This document shows positions 21,064-31,019 of a stretch of 64,000 nt of DNA, one piece after another. A model generated the notes under the pieces. That model was not told where the DNA came from, made no database searches, and was given only the letters and a program-made list of their open reading frames with translations. The stretch spans positions 9,799-73,798 of IMG/VR virus record IMGVR_UViG_3300024269_000048; one strand, 5' to 3'. The DNA comes from a virus. Lineage: Duplodnaviria; Caudoviricetes. How positions within the stretch are numbered: position 1 is the first letter of the stretch; each line of letters begins with the position of its first letter. A program made the translations under genes and the position numbers.

Positions 21064-21993
21064 TTAGTCGTTGTAGATTTCAGACATTCTCTTCTTGAAG
21101 TCAAAGTTATTGTCAGCTATAACTTTCTTCATAAGGGCAAACATTCTCCAACCTTCACCCTTATACGCTCTAAGTCTACTATTCAGTACACTCATTGCAG
21201 CTGCTCCATAAACCATATTGTCGTCAACCATAATTCCACAACCATGGAACATTACAAGGTTCTTAAGAGTGTAGAATGCACCCTCGCCCTTATAGGCATC
21301 AATCCAAGCCTTGCTCTTAGAAGCGCCATAAGGAACCGTAATCATATCAGCCATGAAGTTTTTAACAATTCTGTGGACGTCATTATAATTGCTTGCATAC
21401 TTAAGACCATGAATTCTCTGTCTAAGAGGAGCATATATCTTCTTATCAATATCTACTACAAAGATGTCTCTTCCCTTAATTCTCTTGTACGGAATGCCCT
21501 TACAATTTTTGTTAGGAAGAGTATCGATATACTTCTTAAGCTCTTCAATATAATCTTCCATAGTAGCCTTAATAACATCCATTGTGAAGAAGTGGCTTCT
21601 TTCAACGAATGTATCTTTGTCCCTTGCTTCAAGCTTACTAAGTACTCTGATTTCCTCAAGCATCATATCGAACTCATACTTAATACCAAATCTCTTAATG
21701 TAGTCGTTATATCCCTCTCTTCTTCCATCATAAGACTTATAGTTAAGAGCATGGAACATCTGAGCCATAACGAATCTTCTGTGGAGTTTTGTATTTCTTA
21801 CATAACCGTCGGCAATAATTTCTTTCGCAATAGGATCTTCTACTTTTGCAGGATTTCCATTTTCATCAATCATAAGTGTAACTCTAGTTCCGTTATCAAG
21901 GTCAACCGTGAAATACTTACTAGTATTAACCCCTGCATTGTTAAGTCTGTTCATTCTTTCATTCTTGTTCATCATAATTTGTTTCTCCTTCAA
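21064..21993 (-). CDS. hypothetical 309-aa protein embedded between the hairpin arrays
   Basis: ORF with RBS; no recognised motif. Confidence 0.75.
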   Translation of the reverse strand: MKEKQIMMNKNERMNRLNNAGVNTSKYFTVDLDNGTRVTLMIDENGNPAKVEDPIAKEIIADGYVRNTKLHRRFVMAQMFHALNYKSYDGRREGYNDYIKRFGIKYEFDMMLEEIRVLSKLEARDKDTFVERSHFFTMDVIKATMEDYIEELKKYIDTLPNKNCKGIPYKRIKGRDIFVVDIDKKIYAPLRQRIHGLKYASNYNDVHRIVKNFMADMITVPYGASKSKAWIDAYKGEGAFYTLKNLVMFHGCGIMVDDNMVYGAAAMSVLNSRLRAYKGEGWRMFALMKKVIADNNFDFKKRMSEIYND

Positions 21994-22044
21994 ATTTAAT
22001 TTATTTGCCCTGTATTGCCGAGCGTCGCATATTTTTGTTAATAA

Positions 22045-22506
22045 TTATTTACCCTCAACCCAACTTCTTAAGATAATCAGGTCTGGATCAGACGGACGTT
22101 GGTAGAACCACTTCCCCATAATCTCTTCATCCCATACAAAATCTCCACTGAGAATTGTACATAAGATGAATGCCTCAAGTGTAAACTGTGCAACCTCACG
22201 AGGCTGTCCTACAATCAACTGCTCATCTGTAAGCTCATCAACTGACAGTGCCTTGAAATATTTTCTTCTTTTGTTGTCGCTTCTTTCACTTGGTAGAGAG
22301 TACTTATAATTTCTATAAAGTTCTCTTATCATATGCAATAGAACTGGTAAGTCGTAGATTTGGTGACCATGTAGCACTTTTGATGTATCATACTCACCAT
22401 TATCGATAACCTTATCTTTTCCTACTTTCATAATTCTTTTTTCGAAATCAATGTAAAACGGCTCGCCGTTCTGCACTCTTTCTAATGCCTCAAAATAGAT
22501 ACACAT
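22045..22506 (-). CDS. hypothetical 153-aa protein directly downstream of the main hairpin array
   Basis: ORF with AAGGAGG RBS. Confidence 0.75.
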   Translation of the reverse strand: MCIYFEALERVQNGEPFYIDFEKRIMKVGKDKVIDNGEYDTSKVLHGHQIYDLPVLLHMIRELYRNYKYSLPSERSDNKRRKYFKALSVDELTDEQLIVGQPREVAQFTLEAFILCTILSGDFVWDEEIMGKWFYQRPSDPDLIILRSWVEGK

Positions 22507-22519
22507 TAATATAACCTCC

Positions 22520-23562
22520 TTTTATTTTTATAGATACTCAATGATTTAGCACATTTCTTTATTTGCTTCATAATTGCAGTCAAGGGAAGCCTTGACGACG
22601 GGAATAATCTACGATAGCGGATTATACCCGTCGTTTGGGCTTATCAATTGACTGGAACTTGAATTCAATCATTTTGTTGTCTATTGGTGTGCTCCATAGA
22701 TTGCTCAATAACTTGGCATATTTCTTTAACTGTTTCATTATTACAGGTTCTGCCTGTGCAGCCTGGCCTGAAGGCCTCCTAGATATGGAGGCAGGAAAGG
22801 CCTGGCTACACAGGTTAAACAACCTGTAACGTGAATTTAATTATCTTGCAATCAATCGCTATGCTACGGGTTCAAATTACTCACAATCTCGATACATTTC
22901 TTTATTGGTTTCATATTCGGGAGGCGTGCCGGCGAGAGGCAGGTCAATTCTGGGAAATTTCCCAGTGAATTAACCTGCGGATCGACGATCAAACGCCTCC
23001 TAAATTGAAGTTGATTGTCTCATAATTTGTCGTTGTATTACGAATGTAAATTACTCATGACGTTGATACATTTCTTCACTTGTTTCATATCCGAAGGCAG
23101 ATGCCAGATAACCTAACTGGGACATCCAGTCGATAGCGGGATGTCCCAGGTTTGTTATCTGGTTAATAAGGCCTTCTATTGAATATTGTCATCTTGTAAT
23201 TTGTTGCTGTACTGCAAATTTAAATTACTCGCAACTTTGACACATATCTTTAATTGTTTCATATTAAATCGCTAGATCAGATATCCTGATCAGTAGGCGG
23301 CGGGATAGCGCCGCCTATGATCAGGAGATCTGAGTTAATAGCGATTGTATTGAATTTAGTTGCCTTGTAATTATGCGTTGTGCTACGATGTGTGGTTACT
23401 TACAACATTGGTGTATCGCTTTATTGGTTTCATATTAGGCGTCAATTTCAGATTGTTCATCCACTTCATCTTGTACTCGCAAGATGAAGTGTCATCACAA
23501 TCGGATTTATTGACGCATAATTGATTCTTTGTTGTCCCATAACCACTTGCTACACTACAATA
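22520..23562 (-). ncRNA. array of six structured units with conserved flanks and variable ~80-90 nt hairpins
   Basis: Conserved TCAT-ending motif at 22565, 22732, 22908, 23082, 23256, 23427; hairpins 22577-22654, 22741-22829, 22920-23000, 23093-23176, 23267-23346, 23439-23516. Confidence 0.85.
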
Positions 23563-24825
23563 TCATAAGCATCTGACTAACGTCTCATATACTGCCCTCC
23601 TCGTAAGAATCGCATTCTGCATGCACTTCAATGTAAGGTATCCCGGAATTTCCTTTTCAGTCTTATTACGGTTTGCCGTTACATTTTTGCCCGTACCTCT
23701 AAGAATAGTATGGTCAGGCTGGTCGATTACACTTCCAAGCCCACCTATCTTCTTCTTGCCAGTTGCACAAGCCCTCAAAGCATCCATTACATATGTGTTT
23801 AAGGTTTCAATGTCCTTCTCCACATTAATTATCGGCAATACTGATGTTGCCCAAGAATACCTCCCGTCTCCCTTGTAGAGGAAGTTGTTGACAGAGTTAA
23901 CTGCTTTTGTAAACGAAACGTTACGCTGTTTAATTGTCCTAGAAGCAATCTCCTTCTGGAAACTCTTGACACGAGTAGAAGATAGTGTGATTTTGTCGCC
24001 CTTGATGTTAAAACCAAGGAATTTGACCCACTTATCTTTATAGACAGTCTCAACTTTCTTGGGATTAAGAGTCATGTTCATTTCTCCTAAAATAGATTTA
24101 ACTATCTCGAAAGCCATCTCTCGCTTCTCTCCAATGTAAAGCAAATCATCCGAGTACCTCACATAATATCCCGGTAACGTACTGACAGTCGCATCAAGAT
24201 TGTACAATACTGCGTCTGCTAAGAAGCTCGCAACTGCACACCCCTGTTTGAGAGACTGATACATTTCTATCAAATTTCCCTCAATATCAAAGCACAAATC
24301 CGTGTGATAATACTTCCTAACAATGTCAATTACCTTGGATTTGCCTACTTTAGTTTCCATATTATCGAATATTTCATCGATATATTTAAGTGGAACGGTG
24401 TCAAAATATTTTGTTAAGTCTGCTTTAAAGCCAACTTCTCGGCCCTCAACTTTAATTTCTTGTCTTGATACTTCCTGTACAATCTTTCCGCAACCTATAC
24501 CACTCTGATATGATTTGCAAGACTTATGCACAAATTCAGGAAACATCTCGAAGAATAGATTGTTCACAATGGACAAGAATATTCTATCAACATTCTCATT
24601 CACATAAACAATTCTCATATCTCCATTATCCTTAGGGATTTGTGCCTGGTGTGGGGGCGCTATCTCGTAGTTGTCAGTAATAATTGCATTATACATTGCA
24701 AGTCTGACCTCGGGAGAGGTAAGCTTTCTCAACTCACCCTTATCAATTCCTTTACCAACTCCCAATTCAAGTGCCTGCTCCCAACGTTCTTTCTCGAAGA
24801 ACTTTTGCAGTAAAATGTCGGTCAT
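23563..24825 (-). CDS. stand-alone reverse transcriptase, group-II-intron-like RT domain
   Basis: KADLTKYFDTV (motif 3), LKQGCAVAS (motif 4), YVRYSDD (catalytic YxDD), LNPKK, KFLGF (motif 7), helical thumb; no endonuclease domain. Confidence 0.95.
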   Translation of the reverse strand: MTDILLQKFFEKERWEQALELGVGKGIDKGELRKLTSPEVRLAMYNAIITDNYEIAPPHQAQIPKDNGDMRIVYVNENVDRIFLSIVNNLFFEMFPEFVHKSCKSYQSGIGCGKIVQEVSRQEIKVEGREVGFKADLTKYFDTVPLKYIDEIFDNMETKVGKSKVIDIVRKYYHTDLCFDIEGNLIEMYQSLKQGCAVASFLADAVLYNLDATVSTLPGYYVRYSDDLLYIGEKREMAFEIVKSILGEMNMTLNPKKVETVYKDKWVKFLGFNIKGDKITLSSTRVKSFQKEIASRTIKQRNVSFTKAVNSVNNFLYKGDGRYSWATSVLPIINVEKDIETLNTYVMDALRACATGKKKIGGLGSVIDQPDHTILRGTGKNVTANRNKTEKEIPGYLTLKCMQNAILTRRAVYETLVRCL

Positions 24826-24838
24826 TTAAGCCACCTCC

Positions 24839-25267
24839 TTAATACCATTCTGTGTAGTAGATGCTTGTATCTACCCATTCGTCTCCATCAAGTGTTTCAT
24901 ACCAGCCTCCGTTTTCACCCTCTTCCTCAGATGGTCTCCATTTACCTTTGCCATAGGTTGTATCCATAGCACCATCAAAACATTCTTCACAACAGTACCA
25001 ATCTCCGTCTCCGGCAATAAACCCTGCATCGAAAGGCTTGCCGCATTCCTCGCAGAATCTGATTGCAATATGATGGTCTTCAAGAATTTCCGTGATAGCA
25101 TCTTCTATTGCATAATCATCTAAGTCTGTTTTAATAACTGCCCAACCCTCATTGTGGTTCAGCAAAATCTGATTTCCTTTTAATATAAGTTCAAAAGCAC
25201 GACCCTCAAAGTCATGCTCATATTTACCGTGCTCTTTTAAGTAATCAACAACTGTTTTCATATTCAT
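24839..25267 (-). CDS. hypothetical protein with Cys-rich C-terminus
   Basis: Start reassigned to MNMKTVV (GGAGGG RBS); CEECG...YCCEEC. Confidence 0.6.
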   Translation of the reverse strand: MNMKTVVDYLKEHGKYEHDFEGRAFELILKGNQILLNHNEGWAVIKTDLDDYAIEDAITEILEDHHIAIRFCEECGKPFDAGFIAGDGDWYCCEECFDGAMDTTYGKGKWRPSEEEGENGGWYETLDGDEWVDTSIYYTEWY

Positions 25268-25274
25268 CTCCCTC

Positions 25275-25811
25275 CTATATCTCATAAACCCAGTCGCCAA
25301 AGCCACCACGGTGAATACTGTCCTCACCTGAGTCCCATTCTTCGTCTGTAATCTCGATACCGTATGCTTCTTCTGCTTCTGATTTAGTTTCATATTCATA
25401 CAAATCATATTCCTCCCAATGAACACATTCGTCACAAAGAACTTCGCCTTTATCGCAGATGAAATGTTCTTGGAATTCATTTCCGCATTCTTCGGAGTAA
25501 ACTTCCATTATAAGATTCCATTTCTTACAAGCTTCGAACAGAGTGATATATTCATGTTCTTCCTCTCCCGGCGGATGATACCATCTTTCGGGCTCCGTTC
25601 TCATTGAGATTGCATTATCGACAAGTGCAGATATTACACTCCACTTGCAAGTGCCGGACATAAAAGCGGCTCCGTCCTCTTCAAAGGTAAGGTCTGTTTC
25701 AGCACCTCTTCCCATCCAAATCTTGCCCTCTTGGTTTAGAGCTTTATGGAACTGCTCTATATCACCCTTATTTCCTCTTACTTTCATTAAAAAACTACAT
25801 AAATTTGCCAT
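25275..25811 (-). CDS. hypothetical protein (178 aa)
   Basis: ORF with GAGGAGG RBS. Confidence 0.65.
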   Translation of the reverse strand: MANLCSFLMKVRGNKGDIEQFHKALNQEGKIWMGRGAETDLTFEEDGAAFMSGTCKWSVISALVDNAISMRTEPERWYHPPGEEEHEYITLFEACKKWNLIMEVYSEECGNEFQEHFICDKGEVLCDECVHWEEYDLYEYETKSEAEEAYGIEITDEEWDSGEDSIHRGGFGDWVYEI

Positions 25812-25983
25812 TGTTTATTCCTCCTCAGGATTATTATAATCATTTTGTTGTGTTAATACAATAGATATTGTTTAATATTTTCTCTGGTCCAGTCTTCTGG
25901 CTTTAATCCTGAAGCAAGAATATTCATTGCTTCTTGAAATGTCACGTAAACATATTTTTGTTGGTCTATTAGGAATATTTTCA

Positions 25984-28270
25984 TCATCTACCTTCCTTTC
26001 TAACATCAACTCTTACAAGCGTAGTTATCATATTTTCAGGATCATGAGTCAATCTCCAAGCCTGAATGTGATCAACGATTGTGCTAAGGTCTTCAATACT
26101 TACCGTCCAAACGCCACTCTCCCTAAAGAAAAGAACACGATCATATGACTCGTGTTCCTCAATACTATTGTATAGTGATTTGATATCATAGTAGACGTCA
26201 CTTGCATATCTCTCTGTGATTTTTGCAGCTAAGCGAATAAGCTTATCTACCACATCTGAGATGTTTTCTGTGTTTGATGTTACTGTGTAATCATCATAAC
26301 AAGAGTGGTTTGTGATTTTTAACATATTTATTCCTCCTTAGGAAATTAGTATTGCTTTACCTTTCAGTTCAATATTGTGTCTGTCCTCGTTGATAAGTTC
26401 TACGAGGTCTGCATCTTCCTCATTATTAATGTCCACAAGATTTGTGTACCAACCACAATGGATGCCGTTGAGTTCATCATCGTTTCCAAGGTAGATTGGC
26501 AGTGCTTTAATTTCCTCCATTGTCATACCTTGTGCTCTAAGTTCAGCACAGAATGCCAAAATGTTATTCATTGTTAATTGCATATTAATTCACTCCTTCA
26601 TTAAATTTATCAAGAACTTCTTGGCGTACTTTATATTCTTTATCGCTCTCTACTTCTGAGAATGAAATCTCAAGCAGTGTAATCTTAAAGTCTTCGGAAT
26701 TCTCATTCCAACCAAAGTCGCACTCATCACCATTCTCATCAAGGAAATTCATATGAACCTCTTTGATTTGTTCAACAGAGGCAAGCAACTCAGCAGTGAT
26801 ATCCGATCTTGAAATACCTAGTTGATCATAATCTTCGTCATAGCACTCTGACAGGTCAAAGTCCTTAAACCATCCGTAACCTGTTTCGAACTCAAAAACT
26901 CCGTCCTCTTCAGTTCCGGAAAACGCATCCCAATCAAATGGAATTTCTTTGCCGTTGATGACAAAGCAGTATCCACCAATTGATAGACCATCTGTGTTTT
27001 CTTTTGTGAGCATAATCAAGTTTCCATTCTCTTTTGCGAAAAGCTGGAACTTAATATACATTGATATTTTCATATTAAATCACTCCTTGTATATATAGTG
27101 TAGCGTGGTTATCTCTCCAATAACCCATAACGCCTGCACCGAAAGTAGTGGCGTCTTCAGTTTCGATAGTGTAACCATGATCTTCTGCGAACTTCTTTTC
27201 TTCAGCAAGTTGCCTATCAAAAATCTCCTTAGCCTCTTCATAAGTATGGGTTACACCAAGAATATCAATTGACTCTGCATCTTCTGTTGCCCAATCGAGC
27301 ACTATAACATAATGACTATACATTTACTCTTCCTCCTTAAACCATTCAGGCACTTCAAACCAACGATATTCGTGCTCATATTCTTTCGTGTGTTTGTTGT
27401 AAACCATACAGTCAACAAGTATCACATTAAGCTCATTCTCGACAATATGGTCAATTTCGCTTAATGGATAATTCCAAAAAGGACGCTCGTAGTCATCGAG
27501 AATTGCCTGAATCTCTTTGACATCATCGTCTCCGTTTATGATAAAACATTTATCTAATACTGCGTCCAAGTAATTCTGCGGCGAATAAATCTTTTCTGAC
27601 TTTACCATTATTCATTCTCCTCTCTTCTTACACATTCACCATCTACAAAGTGGTAGTCGCAGCTATATGGGCAGTCTGCACAATCATCGGTTTCATCGCC
27701 ACCGAGAGGGCACTCAAGACCGCACATTTCCTGCTCCCATTCGATATATTCCTGTTCACTTGCATTATCCATACAAGCCCCGCAGTAATACGGGATGTCG
27801 TGTTCTTCAAGGTCAGGGAAGACTTTCTTCATTTCTGCGATGGTTTCTTCATCGTACTGCTTATAGCCGCACTCTTTGCATACTAATGCCATAATTAATT
27901 TTCCTCCTCATCATCTTCAAACTCAGAGTCATCCTCTAAGATTTGATATATTCTATCAAGTGATATTCCAAGTAATTCTGACGCAAGAACGTCTGCTGGA
28001 GCTTCTGGTCCTACATCAATTAAGGCACCTATAACATCTTGCCAAGATATGTTATCATTCATGGATATCCTCCTCTTCATCGGCACTTCTCACGCCATCA
28101 ATATCAAAGGCATATTCAATTTGATATGCAAGGTCGCTCCAAGTTCCTTCAACTTCTGCTTCTCTTAGTGCTTTTGCAAGAGCAATAAGCGTGTGCTCCT
28201 CTGCTATAACCTCGATGTCATTTTCTATGAACTTGTACCTGTATTTGTCTACTTTTTGCATAGTTATCAT
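25984..28270 (-). other. cluster of small hypothetical ORFs (25984-26325, 26338-26583, 26585-27073, 27075-27323, 27324-27608, 27608-27892, 27895-28086, 28055-28270)
   Basis: Abutting co-directional ORFs with RBS. Confidence 0.6.
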
Positions 28271-28308
28271 CCTTTCGCCCGTTTATGTCCGATAGCCCAG
28301 ACAGTTAA

Positions 28309-28713
28309 TTATTGCGCAGGGTTAGAAGTTAAATAATCGATAATCACTTTTTCCGGTATTGTTAGACACTCAATTATGCTGTATATATTACAACCGACTA
28401 CAATTATAGATGCAAGGGCCAGTCCAACAAATATCACCCAAAGTATAGTCGCTATCCATGGACTATCATAATCGTAATCGTACTCATCCTCAAGAGCCTT
28501 CTTGTGAAAGGGTTTAACGACAAAGAAAGCTATCAATGTTAGCATAGGAATAAAGCATATCCAAAAGATACTGGTACCAATCTTAAAGTTGATAAACCTA
28601 CCCATCAATTCTTCAATATACGGAAGAATATTGTTATTCGTCCAATCAATCACGATACCGAACTTCTCACAGAGAGCATCGATTACTTCTACTACTTTAT
28701 TAGTTGTTTCCAT
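28309..28713 (-). CDS. membrane protein, paralog of 44584-44994
   Basis: VIDALCEKFGI.I.W motif, two hydrophobic helices. Confidence 0.7.
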   Translation of the reverse strand: METTNKVVEVIDALCEKFGIVIDWTNNNILPYIEELMGRFINFKIGTSIFWICFIPMLTLIAFFVVKPFHKKALEDEYDYDYDSPWIATILWVIFVGLALASIIVVGCNIYSIIECLTIPEKVIIDYLTSNPAQ

Positions 28714-28794
28714 TTTATAATTACCTTTCTTAATTTGTCAATCATTTTGTGTTGTTAATCAATTGTTCTTAAATAATACTGCAACTCTTCACCC

Positions 28795-30002
28795 TTAAGG
28801 TTTTCCATTATCATTATCATCATAATAATATAGACATTCGATACCGTCTCTGGTTAATTCCAAGCCCATATTTTTGTAGTAATCCTTGTGGAAAAACTTA
28901 TCAAGCACTTTAATCTCTGCCCTTGCCTGTTCTTCCTCATCGTCGGAAATCTTTTTGAAATGAATTTTCATATCATATCTTGGTGAACATACCCAACCAT
29001 CGTGGTTATTGTCGTGAAGCTCTACGGTATCAACTACCTTATACTTCTTGATAAACCAAACCTTTGGACTGTGCCAAATAAGTATAGAAGCGTCTTCCCA
29101 CCAATCTCGAATTCTATATTTAATGTCAATAAGTCTGCTCCTCAAATAAAGTCCGATATATGAACTATCGCAACAATGGTCTTCACACCAAGACATCTGA
29201 AATGCGATAAGAGGATGTCTCTTAATCATCTTCAGAATTTTCTCAATCTCATAAAGTCCCCACGTATCATCTTTGCCCATCTCCTCTAGGCTTATATTTA
29301 CTCTAAAGAAACTACGTGATGGCTTGAACTTATCAAGATCAATTTTGTGTCGGCAGAAGAACTGCACCGCAGGATAATCTTCTCCTCCGTCATTCTTTAA
29401 CTTTTCGGGGTCAGTATTGATCCACATTCCAAACTTCCATCCGGGTATACCCTTGATATTGAAATGAACTACACTGTCATCACCCATATCAAATATGAAA
29501 TAACCATCTCCATATTTAATATTGGTTGGCGTAAACTTATTCTCTTTGATATAGTTGAATACCTTTTCTGCTGCTTCTCGTCTCGTCATTATTAATCCTC
29601 CTGTTCTGCAATCGCCCTCTTTAAGACATTCGCCATTCTTGGGTCTGCATTAATTTCATTCATAGTTAAACCGAGTGCTTCAAGCGTATCGGTAAGGTCT
29701 TGAGTATATCCATACTCGTGGTTGCCAAGTTCATAATTGAACATCTGATACAGATACTCATCATCCTGCATTGCGGCCTTGCGCTCTGCTTCGTGACGAT
29801 CAAACATTTCGTGCATTGCATCGGAGTCGGTCTTACGGATATAGCCGCCACCACCAATGCTAAAGATTGCTCCTGTGTTCTGTGGGTCAAGTCCCCACTT
29901 GGTCATCATTTCATCAAACTGAGATTGGTTGAATGCGAACCCGAATGGGAATGCGTCAACCTCTTTTTGGTGTTTGGATTTAAGTTCTGTATATTTATTC
30001 AA
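28795..30002 (-). other. two hypothetical ORFs (28795-29589, 29592-30002)
   Basis: ORF track. Confidence 0.65.
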
Positions 30003-30671
30003 TATTATCTCTCCTTCTTCTTTTCGCTCTTTGTCATTCTACCATCACAAGGCATTGTACGAGTAGTCTCGCCACAAGTCTTGAAGTAGATGCAGTTGAT
30101 ACAGGGGTGGGTTGGTTGGTTTTTCATTAAGACACCTCCTTATGTTGTGTTTGCATTAATATAGTCTCAAGATTGAACATAAAATCTTTTCTGACAGCCT
30201 TTACATCTTCGCCCTTTGAGCTGTATGCGTAAAATGTTCCTTCCAACTCTCTTTCATTGTCATAGTATAACTTCAGACCTTTGTTTGGAAAGCTTAAATA
30301 ATACCTTACCCAATCACACATTATGTTTTCACCTTCTTTATAATTCTCCATCCTTTACACGGATTGGTTACCCATATTCGTATTCCTTTGGGCCAGTCGT
30401 GGCAATCTTTGATGCGTTCAAGTAGGTACATCATTCATAATCCTCTCTGTATTCGCAATCATAACGTTCTTTTTCAAACTTATCGCAGATGTTGAAGAAC
30501 ATTCGTCTTGCTTCTGCATTTGTAAGACATACCTTCGTTTCTGTCTCGGGTGCTGCGTCAAACCAACCACTTCGGTATGAACGAACAGTTGTAACTACAT
30601 TATCATCGCAATATACTGCGTCGTAGATTATACATTCATTGCCATAGTGTTTGTATTTAGCTTTCATTAGA

Positions 30672-31019
30672 TCATTCCTCCCTACTATCGTGAGACACAT
30701 ACTGCATAAGTTCGTCCATATTGAAGTAGAATATCTCGTATGTACAGAAGCCACTCTGAGCCTTACGACCAGACCTCTTACCGAGATTGTTAGCTTCGAG
30801 CCAATCAATAATTCCGGGGTTGTTATTAGTATCTATGAATGCAGTACCCATAGGAAGTGAATAGCCAAGGTTAACCGTAAGATCACTCCAAGGCTCAGGA
30901 GATTCCTCATCATCGTGAGTAATCATACCTATATAGAGATTATTATTGTTTGCATAGTTTGCCAGTTCAAATGATATGGGGTGGTCTGCACCCCAAGCGT
31001 TAAGTATTAGTGTTTTCAT
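30672..31019 (-). CDS. DUF4313-like protein
   Basis: LTVNL...AFIDTNN...WL..N.LG..SG....SGFCTY pattern. Confidence 0.6.
   Translation of the reverse strand: MKTLILNAWGADHPISFELANYANNNNLYIGMITHDDEESPEPWSDLTVNLGYSLPMGTAFIDTNNNPGIIDWLEANNLGKRSGRKAQSGFCTYEIFYFNMDELMQYVSHDSREE

Noticed and set aside
22622-22829. ORFs 22622-22822 (-) and 22635-22829 (+) as real genes
   Set aside because: They run through hairpin units and lack an RBS; only the micro-ORF part is discussed
22577-23516. Array hairpins as Rho-independent terminators
   Set aside because: Too long (78-89 nt), multi-helix, no U-tract on either strand, and regularly spaced with conserved flanks
20700-23562. CRISPR array
   Set aside because: Conserved part is short and degenerate, period ~170 nt, inserts are self-complementary 80-nt stems, and no cas genes are present
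21064-24825. Diversity-generating retroelement
   Set aside because: I found no template/variable repeat pair differing at adenines and no Avd-like protein; a full self-alignment of the genome would be needed to exclude a distant target
23563-25000. Canonical retron
   Set aside because: No NAxxH/VTG signatures, no non-coding space upstream of the RT for msr-msd, and the structured RNAs are downstream and multiple
23000-25300. Group II intron
   Set aside because: No domain V/VI-like sequence after the RT, no interrupted host gene, and the upstream sequence is occupied by ordinary ORFs
24839-25480. 213-aa ORF as listed
   Set aside because: Its N-terminal third overlaps the 25275-25811 gene; the RBS supports a start at 25267
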